A DNA stretch of 63,201 bases, filler included, from Phoronis australis (GCA_002633005.1; 11 parts of 11 records of this genome joined end to end with filler, not necessarily neighbours in it); one strand, 5' to 3'; positions 15,252 to 28,995 are shown, counted from the first letter of the whole stretch. Translations and numbers: made by a program. The notes: generated by a model not told the origin, from the sequence alone.

Positions 15252-15403
15252 TATGAAGCGCCAAAGCGCTCTCAAGCGAGTACCTTTCTGCGCGTTGAAA
15301 TGCGCTTATTCAAAGCGTACTTTTGGTTTCAAAAGTGCGTGTTGAATAAACACCTTTTAACGCGCAGAAAGGTACTCGTTAAAGAACCAACTGGCTCTTC
15401 ATA
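15252..15403. mobile_element. ~150-bp palindromic (hairpin) MITE
   Basis: Perfect 20-bp arms CGAGTACCTTTCTGCGCGTT (15277-15296) / AACGCGCAGAAAGGTACTCG (15359-15378) within a longer imperfect palindrome. Confidence 0.75.
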
Positions 15404-18400
15404 GTTCAGTTCATCCTGGTGAACAATCTATCAAGGGAAGCTGCTTCTGTTTAATTACTTCAATTATAAGTGATCAAGAGCTGAAACCTGCCGCTTAGCA
15501 ATCAACAATTTGGCGCATCAATTGACAAGAAGTCGAACCATGAATGACGCTGCGGCGCAGTTACAATTTGAAAACAGGTGTATATGTGTAGTTGCCATTA
15601 CTTGATTTCATTACTAGATTTCATCACTGGAACTCATTCGCTTGTCTTGCATTCACTCTCTGTTACAATAAGACACAACAACTTGAAAACGAGGCCATTT
15701 GGTCAGCTCCTTTTGCCATACTATGTAAGCTTTGATGCATATTTTAACATTCCATAAAAGTTATCCAAAAAGAAACAGCGACCAATTGAAACTATTGAGC
15801 AGCAATTGCAAAAATACACAGTGTTTGTCTCAGAAACTGTATACAGAAAATGAGAGAACTAACAAACAATGTCAAATCTTGAAGAAAGCTCACAAATCAG
15901 AGCGCAGCTTAGGTAGTGTCAAAAATCTGACCCCACGGCCTCGTTTTCGATTTGTTCCTCAGACTAGAAACCGGATGCGAGACAACTCATTCGGTAGGCG
16001 ACTAGTAGCACAACAAGAAAACAGCTGATGCGTGATGCACACGTGTTAGTAACGCTNNNNNNNNNNNNNNNNNNNNNNNNNNNNNNNNNNNNNNNNNNNN
16101 TTAATTAATTAANNNNNNNNNNNNNNNNNNNNNNNNNNNNNNNNNNNNNNNNNNNNTAACACCCAGTGTGTTTTGTTTGACCAAACAACAATGCACTCAA
16201 TAACAGGACACCAAAACACCACAGCAGGAATGTCACAGTCAACCACAGTCCTAATTAATATGTAGGCACTCAATGCAATACATGGAAATCTGTCTTAGCT
16301 GCAGGAAGCTGGTTTTTGGTAGAATACAAAACAGCTGTATCAGCGTACTAAGCTATTATGTAACTTACAAAAGAAGCAAATGAATAAAACGTTACTAATG
16401 ATTGAGATCAAATTAAAGAACCAAAGGATTGTTATCTATTAGCAATACAACTTGTCTAGCCTCAAGAAAAGGAAAGTTATTTCATACTGAATAACAACGC
16501 TATTAGTTTGAATTCTAATCTCCCAGCAAACTCTTGCTTCACACAAGTTACACATCATATCTCATAAAAACCTGTTTAATAGTTCATTATGTTTTCATTA
16601 AATTATAGTGACCTCTCATTACACAAGTTATACACCCCTGACCATCCTCTCATCATATATCTAATAAACATCTGTTAGACTGATAATTGTTCTATAGTTT
16701 CTGTTTTCACTAACTGGCACAAAATCATAGTTACCTAAAAGAAAAGGGTGTATGGGCTCAAAATTACTTTGAAATGGATAACAAACCTACCTAATAGAAG
16801 ATAACATAATTCTGTTATTTTTTATTTTAGAGCTATTTACTTAAACTGAAGCTTAGCCAAACATTATTGTTATCAAAAACACCAGGGGGCATTGTTGCAG
16901 TTAATAATAGATAGGTACCTTGTGAAACACCTGAACATCATGCATCTGTGCTATGTTGAGACCTATAAACGCCTGAACATCATGGAACTGTACAAACCAG
17001 GTGTCCAAGAATGACTAATGCACACCCCTAAGGACCCCCACACCCATAGTCCCCAGCTAATGCACACCACTAAGGACCCCCACACCCATAGTCCCCAACT
17101 AAGTCACTAGTCTTCTGATGACATCACTCATCCAACACAACTCAATGGCATCAGTGATCACACCAGACATCTTTTACCCAGCACCTTGGTTTGTCAACTT
17201 AGTTGCACCTTATCATGAACATCCGGTCAAATGACAAAATTATCATCCAAAGACAAAATTATCACCCAATGACAAAATTATCATCCAAAGACAAAATTTT
17301 AATTGATAATCTATCATAGACACTGCTCCAATTTTAGAAGTAGTTATTACAACTCACAAAAACAACCCTCATTACTAGCATCACAAAATAGTAAACAAGG
17401 AAGATCAATAGAAATGATCAGTCAAGCAGACCACAAGGCAGAGTGCCAAAAGTTCTAATCACTCTNAGATGTGACAGTTTGTGGCTGTGTAACTGCACTG
17501 AATGACACTTGTGGTTCAGAATGTTTGTCACATGTAGCAAATAAAGCAAGGTAAGTAAACCCTGACATAGAGGGAACAATTACAGAAATATTACAGTTCA
17601 GACTTGCACAAATCAACAGCAAACGGGAATTGTATTAATAAAGAATTTAAAAGACAAGAGAAACACAAACCACAAATGGTATGAGTCAAGGGCATTTACT
17701 TGCATCATGAAAATGACTAGTATGTGGCCCAGAATACGTCATACCTATTTGAAATATGCTGTTTAATTTTATGTTGAGGATGTCCGAAGATACAGATGCA
17801 AAAACAAACAATACAATATTGCCACCAGAGGCACAGCAGTTGTTGGATACGCCTGACAGCAGTCAGATACAGCTGACGATGCTAACAACAAAATTGCCAC
17901 AAGGGGCGCCACAGCAGTCAGATCCGTTTGAAAATTAATGTCATCCATGGTCTTCTCAGCAGGAGCAAATCAGCCAAATTTCATAATGTCCCATAATGAT
18001 CCTTTTAGTTGATGGTTCACAAAGATCCATCAAAGGTTTAAGAAGATACAGCTATGAACGATAAACAAATTCAGCCGAGTAGTTGAACCCATTATGTGAA
18101 AATCAAGGACTGCCCTGATCATCAGGAACACATCTGCATCAAGGACTGCCCTGATCATCAGGAACACATCTGCATCAAGGACTGCCCTGATCATCAGGAA
18201 CACANGTTTGTGGCTGTGTAACTGCACTGAATGACACTTGTGGTTCAGAATGTTTGTCACATGTAGCAAATAAAGCAAGGTTAGTAAACCCTGACATAGA
18301 GGGAACAATTACAGAAATATTACAGTTCAGACTTGCACAAATCAACAGCAAACGGGAATTGTATTAATAAAGAATTTAAAAGACAAGAGAAACACAAACC

Positions 18401-18830
18401 ACAAATGGTATGAGTCAAGGGCATTTATTTGCATCATGAAAATGACTAGTATGTGGCCCAGAATACGTCAAACCTATTTGAAATATGCTGTTTAATTTTA
18501 TGTTGCGGATGTCCGAAGATACAGATGCAAACACAAACAATACAATATTGCCACCAGAGGCACAGCAGTTGTTGGATCCGCCTGACAGCAGTCAGATACA
18601 GCTGACGATGCTAACAACAAAATTGCCACAAGGGGCGCCACAGCAGTCAGATCCGTTTGAAAATCAATGTCATCCATGGTCTTCTCAGCAGGAGCAAATC
18701 AGCCAAATTTCATAATGTCCCATAATGATCCTTTGAGTTGATGGTTCACAAAGATCCATCAAAGGTTTAAGAAGATACAGCTATGAACGATAAACAAATT
18801 CAGCCCAGTAGTTGAACCCATTATGTGAAA

Positions 18831-19117
18831 ATCAAGGACTGCCCTGATCATCAGGAACACATCTGCATCAAGGACTGCCTGATCATCAGGAACACATCTG
18901 CATCAAGGACCGCCCTGATCATCAGGAACACATCTGCATCAAGGACTGCCCTGATCATCAGGAACACGTCTGCATCAAGGACTGCCCTGATCATCAGGAA
19001 CACATCTGCATCAAGGACTGCCCTGATCATCAGGAACACGTCTGCATCAAGGACTGCCCTGATCATCAGGAGCACATCTGCATCAAGGACTGCCCTGATC
19101 ATCAGGAACACATCTGC
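18831..19117. repeat. 36-bp minisatellite (~8 units; ~3 units also at 18102-18204)
   Basis: Unit AAGGACTGCCCTGATCATCAGGAACACATCTGCATC, head-to-tail with no spacers. Confidence 0.95.
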
Positions 19118-19592
19118 CAACTTTCATAGTGAGCCTTTAGCAGTTTGGCAGTACAAGAGAGGTGAATGGAAAAAAAGAGTTGAAAATAATAGAAATAGCC
19201 AAAAGGGGAAACAGACTCTAATGAATACATTTGAAATTGGGAAAGTGCCAACAGAAACATATTTGCCAAATTTTATAAAATCCGTCAAGGAAATGGCCAG
19301 ACATGTAGACAAACGTCAAGAAACTAAATATGCCACCAGGGGACACACTAGAGGGTAGATCCATGCGATAATTGCCATCATTCTTCGCCAGTTTCATAGG
19401 AACCTACCTGCCAAATTTCATGAAAATCTTGTAAGTGGTTTCGAAAATACAGCAGAGAACGTCGAATGCCCCAACAATGATGATAGCAATATGCACCAAA
19501 TATGTATACGTGTGCGTATAAAAATTATATCCAGCTCAAACCTGTCCACACCTCACTGATATTGTGTATTCCAGGATATCACTTTCATTTTA

Positions 19593-22085
19593 AACAAGAG
19601 CAACGCGGAGCGTTGAAATGCGCCCACGAATGCATCGCAAACGGTGTGCTTTTAGGGTTGGTTATTTGTGTCATAAAAATGGCCACTAGATGGCGCAAAA
19701 ACATACAGTCCATCCAAAAATGGGAACATGTCATAGCTTTTTTAATAGAAAGCTATTCACCAAATATCATAGAAATCTTTAACGGAACTTCAGAGAAACA
19801 AAGAAAAACACTGTTCATTGGATCCGCCTGAAAGTTGTCAATGCCTGTTGTTAGCTTTATATAAATATACTTACTAAATTTAATAAAGACCCAGCAGTGG
19901 GTTTAGGAGACATAGCTATGTGCACAAAACAAAACAAAACAAAACAAAACAACCATTGGAGACACCATTGTGGGCGCATAACAAAACAAAACTACCAATA
20001 GGAAGCGCAACATTATTCAAAGTCGTCATCGTCAACCATCTTCTTCACACAGAGAACATAAACGCCAATTTTCAAAACCATCCTTAGAATGATTTGGTTG
20101 ATAGAGGGGTGGATGCTAAAAAACAGACTCGAAAACAGCAGAAATGGTCACTAGGTGGCACAAAATACCTCGATTCCATCCAAAAACGGGAGGATAGCGT
20201 CATCACAACAATAAATGCCTGTAATCAAAATTTTATGAAAATCCGTTGAGGACCCTTGAAGATAAAGAGGTAAACGTAATATCGAAAATTACTACACACA
20301 AGTAGTCAGATCCATCCGAAAGTTGTTGTTCTTTGTCATCATCATACAAAATACACTTGTTAAATTTAGTAAAGATCCCACAAACGGTTTAAGAGATACA
20401 GCCATGGGTGCAAAAAACGAAACTGCCACTAGGAGGCGCGACAGTAGCTGAAGTCATCCACTTTATAGTAAAAACATACATGCCAATTTTCACAATTATC
20501 TTGAAAGCGATTTGGTTGACAGAGGGGTGGATGCTAAAAAACGCGAAAAAGGTAAAAATGGCCACTAGGTAGCGCAAACTAAGTCGAATCCATCTGAAAA
20601 CGGACAGATAGTGTCACCACACTAACAGAAGCCTGTATGCCAATTTTTTGAAAATACGTTGAGGACCTTTGAAGACACAGAGGTTAACGTAATAAAAATA
20701 AAATTGCCACCCGAGGGCACACCGGTAGTCAACTCCGTCCGAAAGTCGCCGCCATTCTTTGCCAACATCATATAAATGCACTTACTAAATTCAGTAAAGA
20801 TCCTGTGGACGGTTTAGGAGATACAGCCACAGGCGCAAAAAAAAACAAAGTTGCCACTAGGAGGCGCCACAGTAGACCAACTTGTCGGAAAATCATCGTC
20901 AGCTGTCCTCTTCAGAGTAAGAACATACATGAGAATTTCCACAATCATCCTTAGAGCGGTTTGGTTGATAGAGGGGTGGAGGCCTAAAACAGACTCGAAA
21001 ACAGTAAAAATGGCCACTAGGGGGCGCAAACTAGGTCGAATCTACCCGAAAACAGGAGGACAGCATCATCTCACTAATAGATGCCTACATGCCATATTTT
21101 ACGAAAATACGCTACAGACCTTTGAAGATATAGAGGTAAGCATAAAAAAATAAAATTGTCACTACGGGGCATACAGGTAGTCGGATCCGTCCCAANGCCA
21201 ATTTTCACAATTATCCTGAAAGCGATTTGGTTGACAGAGGGGTGCATGCTAAAAAACGCGAAAAAGGTAAAAATGGCCACTAGGTAGCGCAAACTAAGTC
21301 GAATCCATCTGAAAACGGACAGATAGTGTCACCACACTAACAGAAGCCTGTATGCCAAATTTTTTGAAAATACGTTGAGGACCTTTGAAGACAACGTAAT
21401 ATAAAAATAAAATTGCCACCCGGGGGCACACCAGTAGTCAACTCCGTCCGAAAGTCGCTGCCGTTCTTTGCCAACATCATATAAATGCATTTACTAAATT
21501 TAGTAAAGATCCTGTGGATGGTTTAGGAGATACAGCCATAGGCGCAAAAAAAAACAAAGTTGCCACTAGGAGGCGCCACAGTAGACCAACTTGTCGGAAA
21601 ATCATCGTCAGCTGTCCTCTTCACAGTAAAAACATACATGAGAATTTCCACAATCATCCTTAGAGCGGTTTGGTTGATAGAGGGGTGGAGGCCTAAAACA
21701 GACTCGAAAACAGTAAAAATGGCCACTAGGTGGCGCAAACTAGGTCGAATCTACCCGAAAACAGGAGGACAGCATCATCTCACTAATAGATGCCTACATG
21801 CCATATTTTATGAAAATACGCTACAGACCTTTGAAGATATAGAGGTAAGCATAAAAAAATAAAATTGTCACTACGGGGCATACAGGTAGTTGGATCCGTC
21901 CCAAAAGTTCGCTCATGTCGTCCCATCCATGAAAGGAACACATGTAAAAAAAACTTCATGAACACACGTCAAACGCTTTTAGAGTTAGAGCAGCGGACGC
22001 AGGACGCTGGACACCGGATGGACGCCGCCCGAACGGAGATGACGTCATAATGCGTCCACATATAAATATGTGGGCGCATAAAAAA
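19593..22085 (-). mobile_element. Non-autonomous Helentron (HINE/DINE-1-like) copy 1, with internal ~450-bp (3 x ~150-bp) tandem repeat bearing CTCF-like motifs
   Basis: AACAAGAG end with stem-loop CAACGC-GGA-GCGTTG, subterminal inverted repeats ATGCGCCCAC/GTGGGCGCAT, terminal palindrome ATGCGTCCACATAT-AA-ATATGTGGGCGCAT, degenerate GGAC tract, A-run end. About 0.7 kb around the N at 21196 is probably an assembly duplication. Confidence 0.85.
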
Positions 22086-22294
22086 TCCCTACTAGTAATA
22101 ATTTTCGTAACTGTTGTTACCAAGCAACTCATGTGATCTGCAAATAATTGTTTTTACATATCTAGATTCTTTAGTAAATTTTCATGAGTTAACAATAAGT
22201 TTTTCTCCTTTTATACCACAATATCAATGGCAAATACAACCGTGTAATAACCTATTTAGTTATCAAATGGTGTTAGTTAACATTTTGGCAGGAA

Positions 22295-22364
22295 ACCAAG
22301 GCCGGTTCCGAACCCGGTCCGCAAGAGTTTCCAAGTCGTCAACTTTACCACTACACCACTCAGC
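22295..22364 (-). mobile_element. tRNA-derived (SINE-head-like) segment; duplicated at ~22886-22955
   Basis: Minus strand has box-A-like TGGTGTAGTGG and box-B-like GGGTTCGGAACC at tRNA spacing; the cloverleaf is imperfect. Confidence 0.5.
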
Positions 22365-23684
22365 AGCTGACGTCATCGAACGAGAAAATAGAATACTTGA
22401 ATGAGCGCGCGCAATAATCGCATGTTCAGCAAAGGGCATTGTACCGACATTTATACGCTATGAAAAATAAGATGCATAATTTCCATAAAAACAATATTTT
22501 AATTCAGTGAAATTTTTCTCTCATTTTCCCTCACTTGTAAATCACCAATCTCCAATTTGAATGCGGGTTTCATGTCGTCGGGACCCTTTGACTTGAGAAT
22601 TATACTCAGTTAACAGTGGTAACCTACTTTAGCAGACGATATTTTCCCGGTCGAAGCTTAGCGTGATAAAATGTGTAGTAAGCTATAATAGTTGCTANTC
22701 GTAACTGTTGTTACCAAGCAACTCATGTGATCTGCAAATAATTGTTTTTACATATCTAGATTCTTTAGTAAATTCTGAGTTAACAATAAGTTTTTCTCCT
22801 TTTATACCACAATATCAATGGCAAATACAACAGTGTAATAACCTATTTAGTTATCAAATGGTGTTAGTCAACATTTTGGCAGGAAACCAAGGCCGGTTCT
22901 GAACCCGGTCCGCAAGAGTTTCCAAGTTGTCAACTTTACCACTACACCACTCAGCAGCTGACGTCATCGAACGAGAAAATAGAATACTTAAATGAGCACG
23001 CGCAATAATCGCATGTTCAGCAAAGGGCACTGTACCGACATTTATATGCTATGAAAAATAAGATGCATAATTTCCATAAAAACAATATTTTAATTCAGTG
23101 AAATTTTTCTCTCATTTTCCCTCACTTGTAAATCACCGATCCCCAATTTGAATGCGGGTTTCATGTCGTCGGGACCCTTTGACTTGAGAATTATACTCAG
23201 TTACTAGTGGTAACCCACTTTAGCAGACTATATTTTCCCAGTCGAAGCTTGGCGTGATAAAATGTGTAGTAAGCTATGTAATAGTTGATAAACCTTGATT
23301 TATAGATTCACTTTATTTCTATTTTTTTAAATTTTCAATTGGTTTTGAATATAAGCATTATTTGACAAAAATAACTCGGCTTTTCTTAAAAGGTCATGAC
23401 CTCCGACCACGGGCCTCTGACATAGAATGTCATAACAAAGCCGAGGTGAGTCGAGAAAGGTATGATTGATTCATTGCAATGTTTCTCGTTCAGTATGTGG
23501 TAGGGTGTAAGGGCGATGATTCTCCAAAATCCACACGGGCTCTAGAATATGTGGGATAATGACTTTGCCATGTAATAATCTATATTTATTTTCCACGAGT
23601 TTCCTAGAATGGAAATTATTGAAGTAATTTTTTTTTGAGTTTTTCACGAGTGGACTGGTGGGGTCACCCACTACAACCAATCAA

Positions 23685-24080
23685 TGACCTGAAGAGTCAG
23701 TGACCATAAATGGAGTATTGGGGCCATCCAAACCAGCTACTCTATGACCAGATAAACAGTGACCACAAATGGAGTATTATGGTCATCCACAAAAACCACT
23801 CTATGACCTGATGAACAGTGACCATAAATGGACTATTGGGGTTATTCACAACAACCATATTATGACCTGGTGAACAGAGGTCATAAATGGATTATTGGAG
23901 TCATTCACAACAACCACTCTATGAACTGATGAACAGTGGCCATAAATGGACCATTGGGGTCATCCACAGCAACCACGCTATGACCTGATGAACAGTGACC
24001 ATAAACGGACTATTGGGATCATTCACAACAATCATTCTATGATCTGATGAACAGTGACCACACATGGATTACCGGGGTCA
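23685..24080. repeat. ~59-bp minisatellite (~6.5 diverged units)
   Basis: Unit approx. GAACAGTGACCATAAATGGACTATTGGGGTCATCCACAACAACCACTCTATGACCTGAT. Confidence 0.9.
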
Positions 24081-24549
24081 GACACGATATTAAACAAGGG
24101 AACCAGAGGTGCTTTTCAATAGTTGTCTCGCCAAAATCACGTGTTCTCAAAATCAAGTGAAAATACACGGCAATATCTTGTGAAATCTCGGTTACCTAGC
24201 GAGGTGCTAGAGTTATTGAATGAGACCCAGGCAATGGCTCAATAACAATGTTCCCATGTAGCGGTGCCAAAATGAAAAACACCTTCTTGATAGATTTGTT
24301 GGTGTACAGGGTTCTGCGTTCTTGAATGGGGATAGTGGGACTTCCCTGCTTTTTCCATATTTTTGAAACCATTTGATTGCCATTAGACGCAGTGGATATT
24401 CAGACCATTAATTAAGAGAATACACAATGTGAGAGTGGGTGTTAGTTTGGAGCAGAGTTCCATGAAATTTGCTTGTGCACCTCAATATCTGTTGTCTGCT
24501 CAATTCATTTTGCTGAAACTAGCTAAAACCAAACCTAAAAAATCAATTA

Positions 24550-26052
24550 CCGTATTCGCCCTAATAAGCGTCTATGCCCTATAAGCGCCCCCCAAGCGTT
24601 TTCAGACTTTGCTAAAATAAGCTCCCAGTCCATGAACACGGTGTACATGGGAAAATGCCTTACCTACAGTTCTAAAATTCTACAGTAACGTCTTCAATTT
24701 ATCAATAAGACCCGACAGTCCTGAAAAAATCATTGTGCGTGGAATTTGTAGACCAAGAGCCTTGCCACTATGTTGGTATTTAGCCGTGACTATACACTTC
24801 AAACTTCCGCCGTGCTTCAAAAAGAACGCAAAAGTTTTTCTGATCTTGCGAGGGTCGTGTAATATTATGGTCTGGCCTTTCAGAACAGACGCAGCGTACT
24901 TGTATTGTGTCTGGCCTTACAGAACAGACGCAGCGTACTTGTATTGTGTCTGGCCTTACAGAACAGACGCAGCGTACTTGTCAACGGGATTATACTGTAT
25001 ATTTCCCGTACAGCTCTTCTCCCTCAACAAGAACCCAAATTTCTTTGTATACGTGAAAACTCCGAATTGAAGACTAATAAAAACGTGACCTTTGTTAAAA
25101 GCACGTGGCCAGGAAGCGCGCACTACATACAAGTACCTATCATCAAAGATCAGTCTTCGGGATTTATTCATAAAACGAGTAGCACAGCATCGGCAAGAAA
25201 TAAATACTGGGGCTTATTTCCGAAAGTTTTTAATACCGTAAAAAACATTTGCGTTATTTTTAAGAGGAATTATTAAATTAATCGTAATTGGTGTTTTTAA
25301 AGCGAAAATGAACCCACCGATAGTGAACACTTCTGCACCCTTACACCCCCAGAATCTCCCAAAAGATAACTGTTAGACTGTCACATATCCATTCATCTGG
25401 CGACTCAATATCGGCCTTACCAAAACAATTCTTTAACGTTTTTTAGCAGATGAGATCAACAAGTGCTAAATAAAACACATTCTGCTTTATTGCTTGTGTT
25501 AATTTCTTTAGCTACAGATCTAGATCGTTACATTGCGTTAACTCTAGCAAATCAACTTTGACACGCACGCACTCACTCACTCACACAATACACAGATGAA
25601 CTTCAAAACAAACATGTGGGTTCATCCAGAGATTTTTCTCGTGTTTCGGGGTACAATCTAGCACAGATTTGCACTTTATATACAGTTAATCACGACTTCA
25701 CAGGAAGGACTTCAGGTAATTTGTTGAGTCGAAAATATATTTTTACTCAAGAATTTAAGTTGACCTATCGGCGATCGTGAGGCAGCGATGCATCAGTCGG
25801 CAAGTTTTCGCACTGGAATTTTCTGAAAAATGCTTGTTATTTAACAACGAAGTTTGATAGCAATGCACTGCAATTTTGTAGAAACCCTGTTATAGGTTAC
25901 AAATGCGTCACAGAGTGTAAATTTGATGAATTATAGCTTACGATTTCACCTGTTTCAGAGATCAGATTTCAAACACTTTGGGCTATAATAAGTGCCCCCC
26001 TTACTGAAGCGAATTTTTCTATGCGCCCTGGTGCTTTTTAGGGTGAATACAG
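24550..26052. mobile_element. Tc1/mariner-pogo-type non-autonomous element (TA TSD) containing a 39-bp x3 tandem repeat (24869-24981)
   Basis: TA|CCGTATTCGCCCTAATAAGCG ... TGCTTTTTAGGGTGAATACAG|TA imperfect 21-bp TIRs with TA on both sides. Confidence 0.7.
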
Positions 26053-26162
26053 TAGTTAGCACCGGAACATGTAAACAAATTACATCACAATCCCACTGGA
26101 AAAATAAAATTTACAATTAATGACTCAAAATGCATTTAACTGCATGTAGGCAATGTAGTTAC

Positions 26163-26401
26163 CTCATCGGTTCCTCAGTAAAGTTGGTCAGCTCAGGTAT
26201 ACATGGAGTCTCTGCTAACAACTCCGGACTTCGTAGTTGTTCACTTTCGTAGCGTGTGTGTATAAAGTTCCTAAACACACCCTCTGACTGTTGCACAACA
26301 TTCTCCTCAGTATCTGGGGTCAACTTCTCAGTATCATCGCTTTTCTTCCTCACCAATTTGTCGCCAAAATCGTCAAAATCATCGCCCCCAGCAGAGGCCA
26401 T
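26163..26401 (-). CDS. BAK1: Bcl-2 homologous antagonist/killer (BAK)-like protein, first coding exon (partial)
   Basis: MASAGG...DTEENVVQQSEGVFRNFIHTRYESEQ...PCIPELTNFTEEPM resembles the BAK N-terminus/alpha1 (human SEEQVAQDTEEVFRSYVFYRHQQEQ...PADPEMVTLPLQPS). It ends at a phase-2 donor AG|GTAAC just before where BH3 would start; acceptor TCTTCCACAG| makes the exon start at 26560. BH3-BH2 exons not found in this contig. Confidence 0.82.
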
Positions 26402-27826
26402 CTTGTTACCACTAGAGTTTCTGTCTAGTGCAGTGGTAACATCACCTTCACCCCATGAGTAGTGCCACTACCCAGAATTCACTGTGTTGCTTGTCAACAC
26501 TACAGTCCAGCAACACTAGTAATCCAGTAAGTCCAATACTGTCACAGCCACTGTCTGCACCTGTGGAAGACAGTACATGGATGAGTCATATGGTCAAACA
26601 TACACAGATTCTAATACAGTCATTCCTTACTAATTTTTTATCAAGTTCAGCTAAGGGTGGATTTTACACTTGCAGTTTTTTAACCAAGTCCTAAACCTTT
26701 GTTTTTATAATGATGCATCATTCTGTATAAAGTCAGGTTACAATTATACAAGCTCAAAACACAATAACATCTATTTATATTGTACATCACTGAAACCAAC
26801 AGATTTTAGCTTTGATACCAAGATCAAATTCCTTAAATAACTTCTGAGTAGTATTACAGACTTATAAAACAATATTTTTAAAATCTAAGATGATAAGAGA
26901 ATCTTTTTGTTTGCACAAAAACATTACCTAGATGCTTGTAATCACGCGTTTACTAAAAATCACATTTTTCACAAAGATAATCAGATTTTCCTCCGACACA
27001 AATTTTCCAACGAAACTTGCAAATTCCATTTCATTATTCTACTAGCTAGCGCATCTGTGATTTTCACTGGCTGTGAAAAATCAAGACATCTGTTTTTTCA
27101 AGGAAGGTTGACAGTGTACTACTGGGACAAATGGCTTTAAGAAAAACACAGACACATATTAGTAGGTAACTGAATAAACTAATTCAACTTACAAGTTTCG
27201 TGTGAAAAAATTCATGTTTGTGGAAAACATGGCAATTTTAAAAAATTCAGTCAAGCGGTTGAGAATATCCGGGCAATTATTTCTGTGCACGTAATAAAAC
27301 TCTGTGATCAAGGACTTTAAAAATACAGTTTTATGGTTCTACAATAAATATTTAATAAGAGACTGATGACATGAGATCTCTGGTAACAGAGGTATCTGAT
27401 TATACCAGACCTTATCCAAAAGTGTGTGTATTGCACCGACCTAGTATTCAGAAAATTGTACATCTTACCTCAGTAAAAGGGGATATTCTCTAAAAGTAGA
27501 AAGCCTGCAGAATTTTATTATTGACTTCTTACTAATCTGCCATTAATTGACTAGTTATCAGTCAGTATGCTGAGTCACCACTCACTGCTGACTTTACACA
27601 GGGAGCCAGTGTGACCACAGATTCACATTGCTTCGTTAACATGTTAATGACTTAGTGTTGAAACTCATCACAAGTGGTCAATATGGCTCATTCGACCAAC
27701 TTAAGCAGTTTCTTTGGAAAACTTTAGAGACTGCTTCCAATACAACTTTGAACGGTTCCAGGATTTAATAAATAAAAATACTGTGAGGGTTTCCTAAAAT
27801 TATAACAAACATAACAGCACAGCTCG

Positions 27827-27978
27827 ATTTGGCTACCTGCAGGTCAAACAAACAATCTCTGGTGTTCTGATGTACATTTGGCTACCTGCAGGTCAAACAA
27901 ACAATCTCTGGTGTTCTGATGTACATTTGGCTACCTGCAGGTCAAACAAACAATCTCTGGTGTTCTGATGTACATTTG
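27827..27978. repeat. 49-bp tandem repeat x3 (perfect)
   Basis: Unit ATTTGGCTACCTGCAGGTCAAACAAACAATCTCTGGTGTTCTGATGTAC. Confidence 0.95.
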
Positions 27979-28314
27979 CTGAGTTTGCCGATTCTTCAAT
28001 TCAGATAAATCTTATTTATTTCACATCTGGTCTTATCTTAGCAAGTTCATTTGCAGTTTGAAAAGGTGGCCCTTTTACCAGGCCAGGTGACTTGAGAAGG
28101 TAAAACTATCATTTGTCTAGTTTTCAAAGGGAGTACTAAAAATGCTCAGAATTTCAGAGTTTGATGTTTGGTGAGGACAACTGGAATATTGATACAAGCT
28201 ACTAAGAATGAAGCAAAACATTCTTGAGTATTTATGTTTACCAAGAAATACATACACCATCCCACCATATATCGTTCAGAATTAAAGGAAGTTTACCATA
28301 CATCTCACGTTCAC

Positions 28315-28995
28315 GTAGTTACAATACTGTATACCTGATGTCCCCATAGTAACAGTAGCGTGCACCTGATGTTCTCATAGCAACAATGTTCTACATCTTA
28401 TGTTCCCATAGTAACAATACAATAAAGTGATGTTCCCTTAGTAACAATACCACCCACGTGATATTCCCATAGTAACGATACTGTACATCTGATATTCCCA
28501 TGGTAACAATGTCGTAAATCTAATGTTTCCCTAATAACATTACTGTAAACACAGTGTTCCCATAGTAACAATACCATACACTGATGTTCCCATAATTACA
28601 ATATTGTGCACCTGATGTTCTCAAAGCAACAATGTTCTACATCTTATGTTCCCATCGTAACAATACCGTACTCTTGGGTACAGTTCAGTAGCTGTCTAGT
28701 GGCTAGAAAAATCTATGGTACAATCACATGTTCTCAATAATATCCACTACAATATCTCACTTAATCTTCCTTTTTAGCGAGGTCCTAACATAGGTTTTAG
28801 CATTACTTAATTCTAACCTAATGGTGACCCAGCAAAAATACTGTAAATCTGATGTATCCCTAATAACTATACGGTACACATGGTGTTCTCATAGTAGCAA
28901 TACTGCACACCTGATGTTTCCATAGTAACAATACCATACACTGGTGTTCCCACAGTAAAAATACCTTAAACCTGATGTTCTTTAGTAACAATGTG
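28315..28995. repeat. ~31-bp diverged minisatellite, interrupted at ~28670-28835
   Basis: Unit approx. CTGATGTTCCCATAGTAACAATACTGTACAC. Confidence 0.9.

Noticed and set aside
17478-18930. ~730-bp tandem duplication (also 20477-21903 and 22099-23288)
   Set aside because: Each pair is joined at a single N (18205, 21196, 22698) and differs by a few SNPs, typical of two haplotypes scaffolded in tandem; probably an assembly artefact.
18831-19117. 36-bp repeat with internal hairpin resembling a CRISPR direct repeat
   Set aside because: Units are contiguous with no unique spacers, there are no cas genes, and the context is eukaryotic; it is a minisatellite. Same for the 28-bp array at 36935-37313.
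18825-19358. 177-aa repetitive ORF (and repeat ORFs at 34272-34882, 24735-25276, 20814-21862)
   Set aside because: Open frames arise from tandem repeats or HINE subunits; no domain or splice support.
22295-22364. Functional tRNA gene (also 47299-47356)
   Set aside because: A/B boxes are present but the acceptor and anticodon stems do not pair properly; treated as SINE-like relics.
16157-26160. Downstream BAK exons (BH3/BH1/BH2)
   Set aside because: No GRQLA..GDD or NWGR-coding segment found by eye on the minus strand; probably beyond the contig end.
27364-27399. C/D-box snoRNA-like TGATGA...CTGA near the BAK exon
   Set aside because: Only 36 nt long with no terminal stem; too short.
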